From assembly GCA_030295235.1 (NCBI GenBank), contig AP026137.1:806001-870000 (forward strand): a stretch of DNA of 64,000 nt. The letters are read 5' to 3'. The notes under the pieces are model-generated. The model ran no database searches. It saw nothing but the letters and a program-made list of their open reading frames with translations, and had not been told where the DNA came from. Shown piece by piece: positions 38,699 to 50,156 of this stretch. The first letter of the stretch is position 1. Each line of letters starts with the position of its first letter. The stretch comes from Fistulifera solaris. Its lineage: Eukaryota. The position numbers were made by a program, and so were the translations under genes.

Positions 38699-39919
38699 AT
38701 GGCGAAATTACCACCCAATGCGCGATCTACCGACCCTCCGCCCTCGCCATTGGAGAAAATTCTGAGCCTTCTCGAAGGCTGTGAAGAACCGAATATTGTG
38801 GCTTCCCGCAAATATTATATGAAAGACTTGATGTCCTATGTTCCTAAAGCCAGAGAGGAACGCATGAAAGCGAATATTACGACGCGATTGGGTCCGGTCA
38901 TTCGTTGTTACACGGCCCCGGAACGCGTTCTTTTTGGGAGCCGCGCGTGCTGGTTGCGGAGTGCGCCCTGTTTGATTTATTCCTTGACGCTGCTTTTTTA
39001 TGTTCCAAAACACGGTCTTTTGGTCGAATCGACGTCGCCAGAATTTTGTGATAACTTTTTGGCGGAACATCCCGGTGTACTGGAATTTTGTATCAAGGTT
39101 CTCTTTTGGCGGAGTCATGATCCGGAAATATTTGTCGAACTGGAAGATTTGCGACAACGGAATTTGATTTTTCCCGGTTATGTGTATGAACAAATGCAAG
39201 ATAGTGCGGTTCGGATTTTAGGAAGATATGTCAATGGCAGTGTGAGACAAGTCGAAGATATGGCAATTTCCGACAAATCAGACGAAGATGCCCGAAAGAC
39301 AATGGAGCAGTATAGTTTCGAAAGCCAGGAACGTGCCCTGTGGATTGCAAGTCTTCCTGTCACGCGCAATTTGGAAGGTGATATGAGCTTTGCTGCGAAT
39401 GTTCTGGATGTCATGCTTCATTGCGTGCAAAATCCTGACTTAGCGCAATGTCTTAAGGGATTGTTCGTCATTACCCAGAGAATAACAGTTGCCGCCGATT
39501 CAATAACACCACTCGGTATAAATGCCATGACCAAGCTATGTGAACTCGCGAGCCGTGTCACTGGACAGATATCGGCAAAAACGGCTCTCGACTTAATTCT
39601 AGCCGGATTCAGCAAAGGCATTGACGACGACTTGTTGTGTGAGGCAGTGAACGCGAATATTCTGGAAACACTGTTATCTCTGATAGCAAAATTTACTTCC
39701 AACAATATTGAGGATCCAAGGCAGCAGAGGCTAGCGAGGAAATGTCTCCGAACAACAGGCAAACTGATTCAGGTGCTCAACAATGGGTCCAAATTAGATA
39801 AAACGAGTGACGCTCTTCGCGTTCATGCCAGGCATGCTCGAAAACTGGCAGATTTGCTGGTCAAGAAAGGATGTCAAGAAAGTCAGGTAACGATGATTGT
39901 TCAACTTCTGAAGGAGTGA
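38699..39919 (+). CDS. Hypothetical 406-aa helical protein
   Basis: Long ATG-started ORF with protein-like composition and no recognised motif. It ends ~75 bp before the 234-bp array. Confidence 0.65.
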   Translation: MAKLPPNARSTDPPPSPLEKILSLLEGCEEPNIVASRKYYMKDLMSYVPKAREERMKANITTRLGPVIRCYTAPERVLFGSRACWLRSAPCLIYSLTLLFYVPKHGLLVESTSPEFCDNFLAEHPGVLEFCIKVLFWRSHDPEIFVELEDLRQRNLIFPGYVYEQMQDSAVRILGRYVNGSVRQVEDMAISDKSDEDARKTMEQYSFESQERALWIASLPVTRNLEGDMSFAANVLDVMLHCVQNPDLAQCLKGLFVITQRITVAADSITPLGINAMTKLCELASRVTGQISAKTALDLILAGFSKGIDDDLLCEAVNANILETLLSLIAKFTSNNIEDPRQQRLARKCLRTTGKLIQVLNNGSKLDKTSDALRVHARHARKLADLLVKKGCQESQVTMIVQLLKE

Positions 39920-39993
39920 AGTGCGGCGACTTTTCTGTTTACACCCTAGACACAATGAATGCGAACAGGGCCCTTCGACGCCAAAAAGGCAAC

Positions 39994-41737
39994 TTTTATT
40001 TTCACGTCGAAAATCCGAGGATCGACATTATGAATTTCCACTATGAAACGGAGTGTTGGTTTACGCCAGCCAAGACTGGATTGTACAGTGGTCATGAACC
40101 GAAAAACAAAAGGTTCCGTTTTGCGTCTCTCGCGTCCTTCCAATGTCATTCAACTGCGAGTATTGATTGTAATTACGAGTAAATAAAGTTGCAACAATGA
40201 TGATTCTGATTTATTTGTTAAAAGTTTCTTTTATTTTCACGTCGAAAATCCGAGGATCGACATTATGAATTTCCACTATGAAACGGAGTGTTGGTTTACG
40301 CCAGCCAAGACTGGATTGTACAGTGGTCATGAACCGAACAACAAAGGGTTCCGTTTTGCGTCTCTCGCGTCCTTCCAATGTCATTCAACTGCGAGTATTG
40401 ATTGAAATTACGGGTAAATAAAGTTGCAACAATGATGATTCTGATTTATTTGTTTTAAAAATTTTTTATTTTCACGTCGAAAATCCGAGGATCGACATTA
40501 TGAATTTCCACTATGAAACGGAGTGTTGGTTTACGCCAGCCAAGACTGGATTGTACAGTGGTCATGAACCGAACAACAAAGGGTTCCGTTTTGCGTCTCT
40601 CGCGTCCTTCCAATGTCATTCAACTGCGAGTATTGATTGAAATTACGGGTAAATAAAGTTGCAACAATGATGATTCTGATTTATTTGTTTTAAAAATTTT
40701 TTATTTTCACGTCGAAAATCCGAGGATCGACATTATGAATTTCCACTATGAAACGGAGTGTTGGTTTACGCCAGCCAAGACTGGATTGTACAGTGGTCAT
40801 GAACCGAACAACAAAGGGTTCCGTTTTGCGTCTCTCGCGTCCTTCCAATGTCATTCAACTGCGAGTATTGATTGAAATTACGGGTAAATAAAGTTGCAAC
40901 AATGATGATTCTGATTTATTTGTTAAAAATTTTTTATTTTCACGTCGAAAATCCGAGGATCGACATTATGAATTTCCACTATGAAACGGAGTGTTGGTTT
41001 ACGCCAGCCAAGACTGGATTGTACAGTGGTCATGAACCGAACAACAAAGGGTTCCGTTTTGCGTCTCTCGCGTCCTTCCAATGTCATTCAACTGCGAGTA
41101 TTGATTGAAATTACGGGTAAATAAAGTTGCAACAATGATGATTCTGATTTATTTGTTAAAAAATTTTTATTTTCACGTCGAAAATCCGAGGATCGACATT
41201 ATGAATTTCCACTATGAAACGGAGTGTTGGTTTACGCCAGCCAAGACTGGATTGTACAGTGGTCATGAACCGAACAACAAAGGGTTCCGTTTTGCGTCTC
41301 TCGCGTCCTTCCAATGTCATTCAACTGCGAGTATTGATTGTAATTACGAGTAAATAAAGTTGCAACAATGATGATTCTGATTTATTTGTTAAAAATTTTT
41401 TATTTTCACGTCGAAAATCCGAGGATCGACATTATGAATTTCCACTATGAAACGGAGTGTTGGTTTATGCCAGCCAAGACTGGATTGTACAGTGGTCATG
41501 AACCGAACAACAAAGGGTTCCGTTTTGCGTCTCTCGCATCCGTCCATTGTCATTCAACTTCGAATATAATTATATTTACGGATAAGTTAAGTCGCAACAA
41601 TGATGATTCCGAACTACTAGTTAAAAGTTTCTTTTATTTTCATGTCGAAAATCCGAGGATCGACATTATGAATTTCCACTATGAAACGGAGTGTTGGTTT
41701 ATGCCAGCCAAGACTTGGATTGTACAGTAGTCATGAA
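39994..41737. repeat. Tandem array of 233-235-bp units, ~7.4 copies, near-identical
   Basis: ca(c/t)gtcgaaaatcc anchors at 40003, 40238, 40473, 40708, 40941, 41174, 41407 and 41641. The last unit is more diverged. Confidence 0.97.
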
Positions 41738-42136
41738 TTACTATTGTTTCATTTGTCGAGATGCCTCTCACCGCCTTTGACATCACAACAAAGCAATGTT
41801 GATTTCATTACCATCCTTTGTTCGTCCCTTTATACTAAATACGCAAAAGGCCGCGCTATTGAAATACGGAGTAGAGATATACGGAGTAATAGATGACTTG
41901 TTTCTGTCAGAATTTCTGTCTACCTCAAAGCTTTAGAATTTTCTTTCGACTAAAACATTTCACACAGAATTTCCGTTTAAGAAAAAACTGTATTTATTTC
42001 CTTGACGACGTGACGACGATGGTACTGTATACAAAGTAATAAAGCGATTGAAAGGATTAACGATTGCTTTTGCTTGCATTTTTCTTACTCCGTACCATCA
42101 ATAAAGACGTCAAAACTTAGTGAAACATACTATTAA

Positions 42137-45100
42137 ATGTCGGAAGCTCGCAAAACTGATAGAGAAGAACAGAACACTCCGCATCGCCTGACGTCTTTGC
42201 TTCCGTCCACCGGAGGAGGTCTCCTGCCAGGGACCGCCGCAATATCCAATTCAGGAAAGTCGCTGCTGGGCTTGGATCAATTGGCGGCTGCCAAACGGGA
42301 CGAAAAGAAAAATAATGAGCGCAAAAACTACCGGAGGCCTATGGATGAGACGCCATCGCATCCCGGTGGAGTGAATCGCGAAGTTCAAGCCATGAAACGA
42401 CACGTCAAGAAACCGTTCGAAGGAGGCAACAATCGACAATATCAAAATTTGAATCGATATTATGAACACCATCAAAGAGAAAGAGACAATAGAGAGAACG
42501 GCGACAGAGGTCGACAGGGAAGCTACGACGATAGAGGAAGACAAAGAGATTCTGAGGATCGAGGAAGACGTGGTGATTATTATGACAGAAGGGACCGTCA
42601 TCAGGAAAGTAATTGTCGAGATAGATATCGTGAAGATGACAGGAGGTCTCGAAGTCGAGACTACGATCGGAAGGACAGGAAAAGGAATCATGACGAAATG
42701 CCTGCTCCGCCCAATCGTCCTTCGACTGTCACACCTTCTTTTTCAAAAAACGCACGATCCGTCTCAGCCCGCGGAAGAAATGAGCACAACAATTCTAGAA
42801 CGGATCGATCGTTTTCGGCAAGTACACAAAGCCGCTACGGGGCTTCTGTGGATGCACCTACCCCGATGAGGATGCCACCACCGGCGCGCCCCCCATCGCA
42901 AATACCGACGTCGTCTTGGGATGTCGAAACGCCCGCTCGCGCCCAAGCAAGTGACGACCCGGACCATGCTTTGACTTCTCCTGGTGATAAAACGTTTGAG
43001 CGTCAATTTTATTTGCAAGAAGATGAAGGTCATTATGTACAGGATGCGGATGAGGGTGACATGGGTCGCTTCTTATTCAACAATCCAAAGATTGAAGCTC
43101 GTGAGAAAGAAATGGAACAAAAGAGGCAACAAAACGCGACGCTATCTAGAAGAAATCCTAGACGATCTGCAATGGAAGATGACCAGGAGGCTTGGGAGAA
43201 TAATCGACTGTTGTCTTCCGGGGCTGCAGTAACGGGGGAAGTTTCTTTGGATATGACAATGGAAGAGGACACGAGGGTGACTTTAATAGTGCACCAAGTC
43301 AAGCCGCCTTTCCTGGATGGACGCGTTAGTTTCTCAACTGTTCGCGAAGCTGTTCCCACGGTGAAAGATGCCAGCTCCGACTTTGCAAGGATGGCGAGAG
43401 AGGGATCGGAAACTTTGCGATTCATTAGGGCCAATAAAGATAAAAATGCCATGCGACAGAAATTTTGGGAATTGGGTGGAACTAGAATGGGCGACGCTGT
43501 TGGAATAAAGGAGAGCGAGAAGCTCAAAGACGAGCAAGAGGAAGATAATGTAGCCGAAGAGAACGCTGATGGTGAGATCAACTACAAGAAAAGTACTGGT
43601 TTCGCTGAGCACATGAAGAAGAATAAAGATGGTCCTGTCTCCGATTTCGCAAAGCAGAAGTCGATTCGTGAACAGCGAGAGTTTTTACCCGTCTTTACAG
43701 TCCGCGAAGAACTGCTGAATGTGGTGCGGGAAAACAACGTTGTTGTTATTGTGGGTGAGACAGGATCTGGAAAAACGACGCAGTTGACTCAATACTTAAT
43801 GGAAGAAGGCTATTGCGAGTTGGGATTAGTAGGATGTACCCAGCCGAGAAGGGTGGCAGCTATGAGTGTCGCTAAGCGAGTGAGCGAAGAAGTAGCCGCT
43901 TCAATTCTGGAGAAAGGCGGAACGTTGGACGAGAAAGCAGATCTTGGAGGTATCGTTGGTTACTCGATCCGTTTCGAAGACTGCACTGGTGAGCACACGT
44001 TAATCAAGTATATGACGGACGGAGTTCTACTCCGAGAAGGTCTGAACGATCCTGATCTGAATAAGTACAGTGCGATAGTGTAAGTGCATCGCGCTTGTCA
44101 GTGCTGGTTTGTTGTCACATCGGTCTCACTTTTTTGTTGACGCTTAGGATGGACGAGGCTCATGAGCGAAGTTTGAACACTGACGTTCTTTTCGGAATAT
44201 TGAGAAAGGTCGTGGCCCGGAGGTCGGATTTGAAACTAATCGTAACCAGTGCAACATTGAGTGCCGACGTGTTTAGCGATTTCTTCGGAGGAGTTCCGGT
44301 CTTTCGTATTCCAGGGCGAACATTTCCTGTTGAAACATTTTTGCGAAATCTGTGCAAGAGGACTACGTTATGGCTGCAGTCAAACAAGCTATGCAGATTC
44401 ACTGTAACAGTCCTCCCGGGGATATTCTTATCTTCATGACTGGGCAGGAAGATATTGAAGGAACTTGTCAGGTTCTAGCTGAAAAAATGGAAAAGCACGC
44501 AGCAGATTCATCACCCTTGCTTATACTGCCCATGTACAGCCAGCTTCCAGCTGATCTCCAAGCAAAGATATTCCAAGCTGCTCCAGAGGGTACCAGAAAG
44601 TGTATCGTGTCCACCAATGTCGCTGAAACGAGTCTAACGGTTGACGGCATTAAATATGTGATTGACGCCGGATATTTCAAACTGAAAGTATACAACCCAA
44701 AAATTGGAATGGATGCGTTGCTGGTGACTCCCATCAGTAAAGCGAACGCAAAACAGAGACAAGGTCGCGCAGGAAGAACGGGGAAAGGATTTTGCTTCCG
44801 TCTTTACACGGAGATTCAGTTTCGAAATGAAATGATGGAAAATACTGTTCCCGAGATTCAAAGAACTAATCTGAGCAATGTCGTCTTGCTCCTCAAATCA
44901 CTTGGCGTTAAAAACTTGCTCGACTTTGACTTTATGGATCCTCCTCCCCAAGATAATATTATGAATTCCATGTACCAGCTATGGATTCTCGGAGCACTGG
45001 ACAATACTGGTGACCTGACTGAAACAGGTCGACGAATGGTTGAATTCCCTTTGGACCCGCCGTTGAGTAAAATGTTGCTTTATTCACATGACCATGGATC

Positions 45101-45883
45101 CTGCTCTGCTGAAACATTGGTGATTGTCAGCATGTTGTCTGTACCCAGTGTCTTTTTTCGGCCGAAAGATCGAGAAGAGGAAAGTGATGCTGCACGGGAG
45201 AAATTTTTGTACCCGAATCCGATCATCTTACGCTGTTGAATGTGTATATGAGAGCCAAACAATACAAGTTTGATGCCGCATGGTGCACGCGTCATTTCAT
45301 CCACTCGAAAGGGTTGCGAAAAGCACGCGAGGTCCATGCCCAACTTCTCGATTTGATGAAGCAACAAAAACTTGAGCCTCGATCATGCGGCAATTCGTGG
45401 GATGCCATTCGTAAGGCTATCTGTTCCGCCTACTTTTACAATTCTTCCAAAATCAAGGGAATCGGTGATTATGTCAACATGCTGACAGGTATTCCAGCAG
45501 CACTCCATCCAAGTTCATCCTTGTTTGGATTGGGTTTTACACCGGACTACGTCTGTTACCATGAGTTGATCTCGACAACGAAAGAGTACATGTCCTGCGT
45601 AACCGCAGTAGATGGTGAATGGCTAGCAGAAGTTGGACCGATGTTTTTCTCCGTCAAAGAATCGTACGATAGTATGCTGGCACGTCGTCAAAAACAAAGA
45701 CAAAATCAATCTTCTATGGAGGAAGAACTGCGGAAGAAGCAAAAAGAAGAGGAAGCGAAAGAAGAAGAAATGCGTGCCAAACTGTCGTCTCTTCGTCGCA
45801 GCCAGACCGTTGCTACACCAGGTCGCTCTGCGAATGCAACACCGCGATTCATTCCCAAGAAACGAGGGCGACTCGGTCTCTAG
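42137..45883 (+). CDS. PRP16: Pre-mRNA splicing DEAH-box helicase PRP16/DHX38
   Basis: [30 protein letters not shown] (joined by intron 44080-44147), SAT and QRQGRAGR, plus PRP16-type N-terminal [12 protein letters not shown] and [10 protein letters not shown]. 1-bp shifts in T runs near 44340 and 45205. Confidence 0.93.
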
Positions 45884-46428
45884 CTGCTGGTAGACCACGT
45901 ACTAAGATATCATGCAGATGGAGCAACGCAGCTCAACGCAGCCAAGAACGGATTACTTGCCGAGCGTCGCATCGGATAAAGAACCGTGCTCTAGCTTCTG
46001 TTTGTTAAGACGTCACGAACTCGAGAGAGGCAACGATGAAGCTGCAGCCAACAAAAGTTCTTAGATCGGTAGTACGGAGTTGTAGACGTTTAGGGTAAAG
46101 TGTTACGTTCAACTATCCATAGTCGTCATAATCACAAGTCTCTTAATGGAGACGCCTTCCTCTACTACTAGCCAAATCTTGGGGTTCGGTACTTCGGTAC
46201 TTATAGTTATACATTTATCGCCTACAGTATCTTCGCTGTGACTATGATGTATGATGTGTGACACCTTTTCCGCATCGAACTGTCCATTTTCGTCACGTGC
46301 CGAAATTCTTTTCGTTTTCATTGTAATGAAAGGGCTCTGAAGATAGTCATTACAAACCTAAGGGCCCTGAAAAAGGCAGACAAACACATACATAAGGAAC
46401 AAAAGGAACCTGGAAAAGACTTACAGCG

Positions 46429-46890
46429 ATGATTGCTTCGCGAGTTAATGCGAAGAGTCGCCTCGCCGTCGCGCGATGGTTGAGTTCATCGTCAAAGAAT
46501 TCGAACACTATTCCGCCCATGTTAAATGCCCCGCCAGTTTACATTCATCCTCTTTCCCAAATTGTTTTGCTGTACTTCCAAAACGAATGCCACTCCTGGA
46601 TTTGTGCACATAAGTTTGATCGCTCTTTAACCCTTCACCGTGATGGAACGTTTGTGCTACGAAATGGAACGGCCGACGATGCTCCCCGGATTTGGACGTA
46701 TTACGACCCAATGGACAAGAAGCACTGGCTTTCCTACAATAACAAAGACGACATTCAACATCGATTCCTCCTGCAAGATAATTTAATGCCCGCTTGGCAT
46801 GGGAATCGACGCAAGAGCTTGGCGGAACGAGTTCAAGAATCGGTGGTCGCTTTGATGGCAAGTGCCGATCAAGACTTGCGAAAGGAGTGA
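46429..46890 (+). CDS. Hypothetical 153-aa protein, possible mitochondrial presequence
   Basis: ATG ORF with an Arg/Ser-rich N-terminus (RLAVARWLSSSS) followed by a globular-looking domain. Confidence 0.65.
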   Translation: MIASRVNAKSRLAVARWLSSSSKNSNTIPPMLNAPPVYIHPLSQIVLLYFQNECHSWICAHKFDRSLTLHRDGTFVLRNGTADDAPRIWTYYDPMDKKHWLSYNNKDDIQHRFLLQDNLMPAWHGNRRKSLAERVQESVVALMASADQDLRKE

Positions 46891-47085
46891 TTGTTTGATG
46901 GCATATCATTGTGCTTCTGAATTGAGTTATCACTTTATCATAAAACATCCAACGAGAAGTTAAATATTACACGGAGCAGTTATTTGTCGTGTTAGCGAAA
47001 TCTCACAAATTCATTGATATATATGCAACGACCTACTGGAACGTCTGGTTTTACAGACGGAAAAAGAGAAATCAGCCTTTATGAT

Positions 47086-47928
47086 TTAGCTTAAATAAGG
47101 CACAATATGACACCCTAGCAAGCCACGGCCGGCCCAAGGTCTTGGACTAAGATGAATCGTGACTATTTCGGTGGTATTCCGTCGGACGGTCAAGGGGATC
47201 GAAGACATTTCGGCCGCCGCTTTGGGAACGATATCTCTCACCGACTTCATCGGATCACTAGTTTCATCCAAAGTAATATTCCCGAATCGCAGTATCAAAT
47301 CGTTTTCGGCCAGTCCTGCTTGGAAAGCCGGGGACTGGGGTTCGACCGAGTTGACACGAGCAAACGGCCGAGAGGGGATCTTTGGAAGAACGGATTGTTC
47401 GTTAGCAGGAGTAATACTGCTAGCTAGAGCAACTGGATTGTCCACTTCAATTTGCATTGCATTGTCGGCCAACAGATTGTCAAATGAGCGATTTTTGCCA
47501 TTCGGGGCACCAGCCACACTCCCATCCCAATTCTTTACCACCCATTTCTTCGAAATAGGGTCATACTTGGGCAATGGTTTCGGCTGTAGTCGAGCTTCCA
47601 GTTCGGCTTTTTCTTCGAGGGCTTTGTTGGGGTTTTGAAGAGCGGCTAGTTGTTGTAACGTTCGTTCGATATTCTGCATAAGACCTTTGTGATCCGTCCG
47701 AATGACACTGAGTCGACCTCGTAACGTCCTGGCTCGATAAACATCAATATCGGCTCTTGGAAATCCTTCTGCATCGGTCAAAGGAGTGTCGACGCCCATG
47801 GGTTCACCGTTCGATCGATCGTTCAATTCCGATACGACAGCCTCCGCTTCGAGCTCGAGCGATTGACGCTGTACATTGAGGCGCTGGAGCGAATCTTTCA
47901 CCTGCTGAATGAGGTCCTGACTTGTCAT
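47086..47928 (-). CDS. PSMD9: 26S proteasome regulatory particle assembly chaperone Nas2/p27
   Basis: Nas2 N-domain motif PLTDAEGFPRADIDVYRAR and a C-terminal PDZ-like region PFARVNSVEPQSPAFQAGL...PRPWAGRGLLGCHI. Start taken at the ATG of MTSQDLIQ (47928). Confidence 0.92.
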   Translation of the reverse strand: MTSQDLIQQVKDSLQRLNVQRQSLELEAEAVVSELNDRSNGEPMGVDTPLTDAEGFPRADIDVYRARTLRGRLSVIRTDHKGLMQNIERTLQQLAALQNPNKALEEKAELEARLQPKPLPKYDPISKKWVVKNWDGSVAGAPNGKNRSFDNLLADNAMQIEVDNPVALASSITPANEQSVLPKIPSRPFARVNSVEPQSPAFQAGLAENDLILRFGNITLDETSDPMKSVRDIVPKAAAEMSSIPLTVRRNTTEIVTIHLSPRPWAGRGLLGCHIVPYLS

Positions 47929-48101
47929 ATTTTCCGACAGGATATTTGCATAAACGGTACTGGTATAACTGCTAAACGAAAGGAATGCTCTTGGAGCTTG
48001 GAGAGGTTCTTGTCGATACAGAAATGGGCAAGAATCAAGACGAACTGCATCGAAACGATGAGAAAGAAAAAAAATGTACTGTAACAAATAAATGCAAAAA
48101 A

Positions 48102-48174
48102 TGGAGGATAGATGATTCGAACACCTGACCTATCGCATGCAAAGCGATCGCTCTGCCAACTGAGCTAAACCCCC
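48102..48174 (-). tRNA. tRNA-Ala (anticodon TGC)
   Basis: The reverse complement folds as a cloverleaf: GGGGGTT/ATCCTCC acceptor stem with G3:U70, GCTC/GAGC D-stem, ATCGC-TT TGC AT-GCGAT anticodon arm, TTCGAAT T-loop. It is followed by a T6 Pol III terminator. Confidence 0.95.
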
Positions 48175-48238
48175 TTCCAGACTGATTTGGGGATCTTTAA
48201 ATTCTTGTACTTGTTTTTACAATAACAATTACGGAGTA

Positions 48239-48347
48239 TCTCAAGCTAGGCATTACTCAGTATAATCTTGAAACTGCCAAACAAGAGCATTTTCTCAAGC
48301 TAGGCATTACTCCGTATAATCTTGAAACTGTTTAACAAGAGCATTTT
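48239..48347. repeat. 54-bp direct duplication upstream of tRNA-Ala
   Basis: tctcaagctaggcattactc(a/c)gtataatcttgaaactg...aacaagagcatttt at 48239 and 48293. Confidence 0.9.
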
Positions 48348-48602
48348 GTAAAAAGTTTTAACCGGTTTCTGTTAAAGACTACTACGTAGTCTATTGATCT
48401 TATGATAGTGACGATAGTGACATTTGTACTTGTAGGTGAAACGGAAGCTGGCTCTGAGGTCTAAGGTTGCCTCTAGATTGTTGACTGACTTCTGGCAACT
48501 AGGTCTACTGTACTGGTAATAAGAAAAACTCTCAATGTACAAGAATGCAAAACGAAGCTCAAAGCATATCAGACTAAAACCTATGAAGCCATCTACGACT
48601 AA

Positions 48603-49399
48603 CTAACGAATGAATTTGTCCAGGAAACGCTTATGGAAATCGTTCCGTATGGTGTCGTTAATGAACCGCTTCTTCGGCTTGGGTTCATCCTTTGCCTGAT
48701 TCCGAAAGACAACGTCTATCGAAGAATTGATATTGGGTGTTAGGATGCATCGTAGACTCGCTAAAGAATCGAAGTAGGCAATCAAATTATACGTACCATC
48801 ATTCCATTTTCTTTTGATTTGCTGTCCAAACGAATCATTCAAAAGTGGATTTCCAACTAGAGCAGCCTCTTCTTGTCTTTCATTTTCCTCTGCCTCTAAT
48901 TGTTCCTGTTCTTTCCTTTTCGCTTCCTCCCGTTCGGCCCGAATTTTCGCTAATTCCGCTTGCAACGCCGCTTCATCATCTTCATCATCGTCACTGGAAT
49001 CACTATCATCTAAATCCGAGTCCTCCGCGTCCAAATCGCTCTCCTCTTCTTCTCCTCCTCCACCATCTTCTACATCCGAGTCATCGTACTTGGCTTTCAG
49101 CGCCACCTCATCGACTTCGGCCGTTTGTTTCAATAAACGCTGCTGCGCGCGTTCTTCTACGGCCGGATCCAAAGAACGACGACGAATCTTTTGCATCGCC
49201 GAGGCTTCCACTTCTTCTAACGCCAACAAGGACTGGCGGAGCGCCTCTTTTGGTCGACATTGTTGCGGTATTTCAGAGTCGTGTGAGCGGGGGCGGCGTA
49301 AACCGAACGACCCGCCGAAGAGAGTCCTCCGGCGGACCAACCGCCATCTTCCGAACGACCGACGGCGGCTTTCCACGTGGGGCGGTGTGCTGTTGTCAT
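48603..49399 (-). CDS. CWC15: Spliceosome-associated protein CWC15
   Basis: N-terminus MTTAHRPTW...HTTLKYR, an acidic tract, and C-terminal KRKWNDDVVFRNQA...FINDTIRNDFHKRFL. Intron 48716-48796; one apparent frameshift near 49250. Confidence 0.93.
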
Positions 49400-49526
49400 T
49401 GTTGCGTTGTTCCTCTATTCGAAAAATGGGAATGAACGAGCTTGATTATTAGGATTGAATAGAGTTGAGTTAGAAAAAGAGGGGAGCATCAGCTGAAAAC
49501 GAGGGACGGAGGAAAGACGTTCGTGT

Positions 49527-50038
49527 AAATACCACCACCCGCTTTCCTGGGAACGTACCAGGTAAAATTACAACTGGTCCAGATTTTCTGGACCACAGTG
49601 AGTACCGTACCCCCAGATTTCCTGGGAACGTGAAACTACAACTGGTCCAGATTTTCTGGACCACAGTGAATACCGCACCCCCAGATTTCCTGGGAAGGTG
49701 AAACTACAACTGGTCCAGATTTTCTGGACCACTGTAAATACTACACTCCCAGATTTCCTGGGAACGCGAAACTACAACTGGTCCAGATTTTCTGGACCAC
49801 TGTAAATACTACACTCCCAGATTTCCTGGGAACGCGAAACTACAACTGGTCCAGATTTTCTGGACCACAGTGAATACCGCACTCCCAGATTTCCTGGGAA
49901 CGTTAAATTACAACTGGTCCAGATTTTCTGGACCACTGTGAATACCACAGCCCCAGATTTCCTGGGAACGTGAAAATACAACTGGTCCAGATTTTCTGGA
50001 CCGCTGTAAATACCGCACCCCCAGATTTCCTGGGAAGG
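49527..50038. repeat. 68-bp tandem repeat x7, each unit with two inverted repeats
   Basis: caactggtcc at 49571, 49639, 49707, 49775, 49843, 49911 and 49979. Each unit has tggtccag-atttt-ctggacca and cccag-atttc-ctggg. Confidence 0.97.
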
Positions 50039-50156
50039 TTGAATAATGCATTCTGAAACGATAATGAATAGAAGACGCGCAAAGCGAATAATATAACATT
50101 GCATTCAGTATTGCAAAGCAATCACTATTTTATTATTACAACAACGCAAACACACC

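Noticed and set aside
39871..41896. Small repeated ORFs (FYFHVENPRIDIMNFHYETECW...) in the 234-bp array
   Set aside because: Unit lengths of 233-235 bp are mostly not multiples of 3, so frames shift between units and stops intervene; this is a non-coding satellite.
49527..50038. CRISPR-like look of palindromic repeats with short variable intervals
   Set aside because: The intervals are variants of one sequence, not unique spacers; there are no cas genes and the context is eukaryotic.
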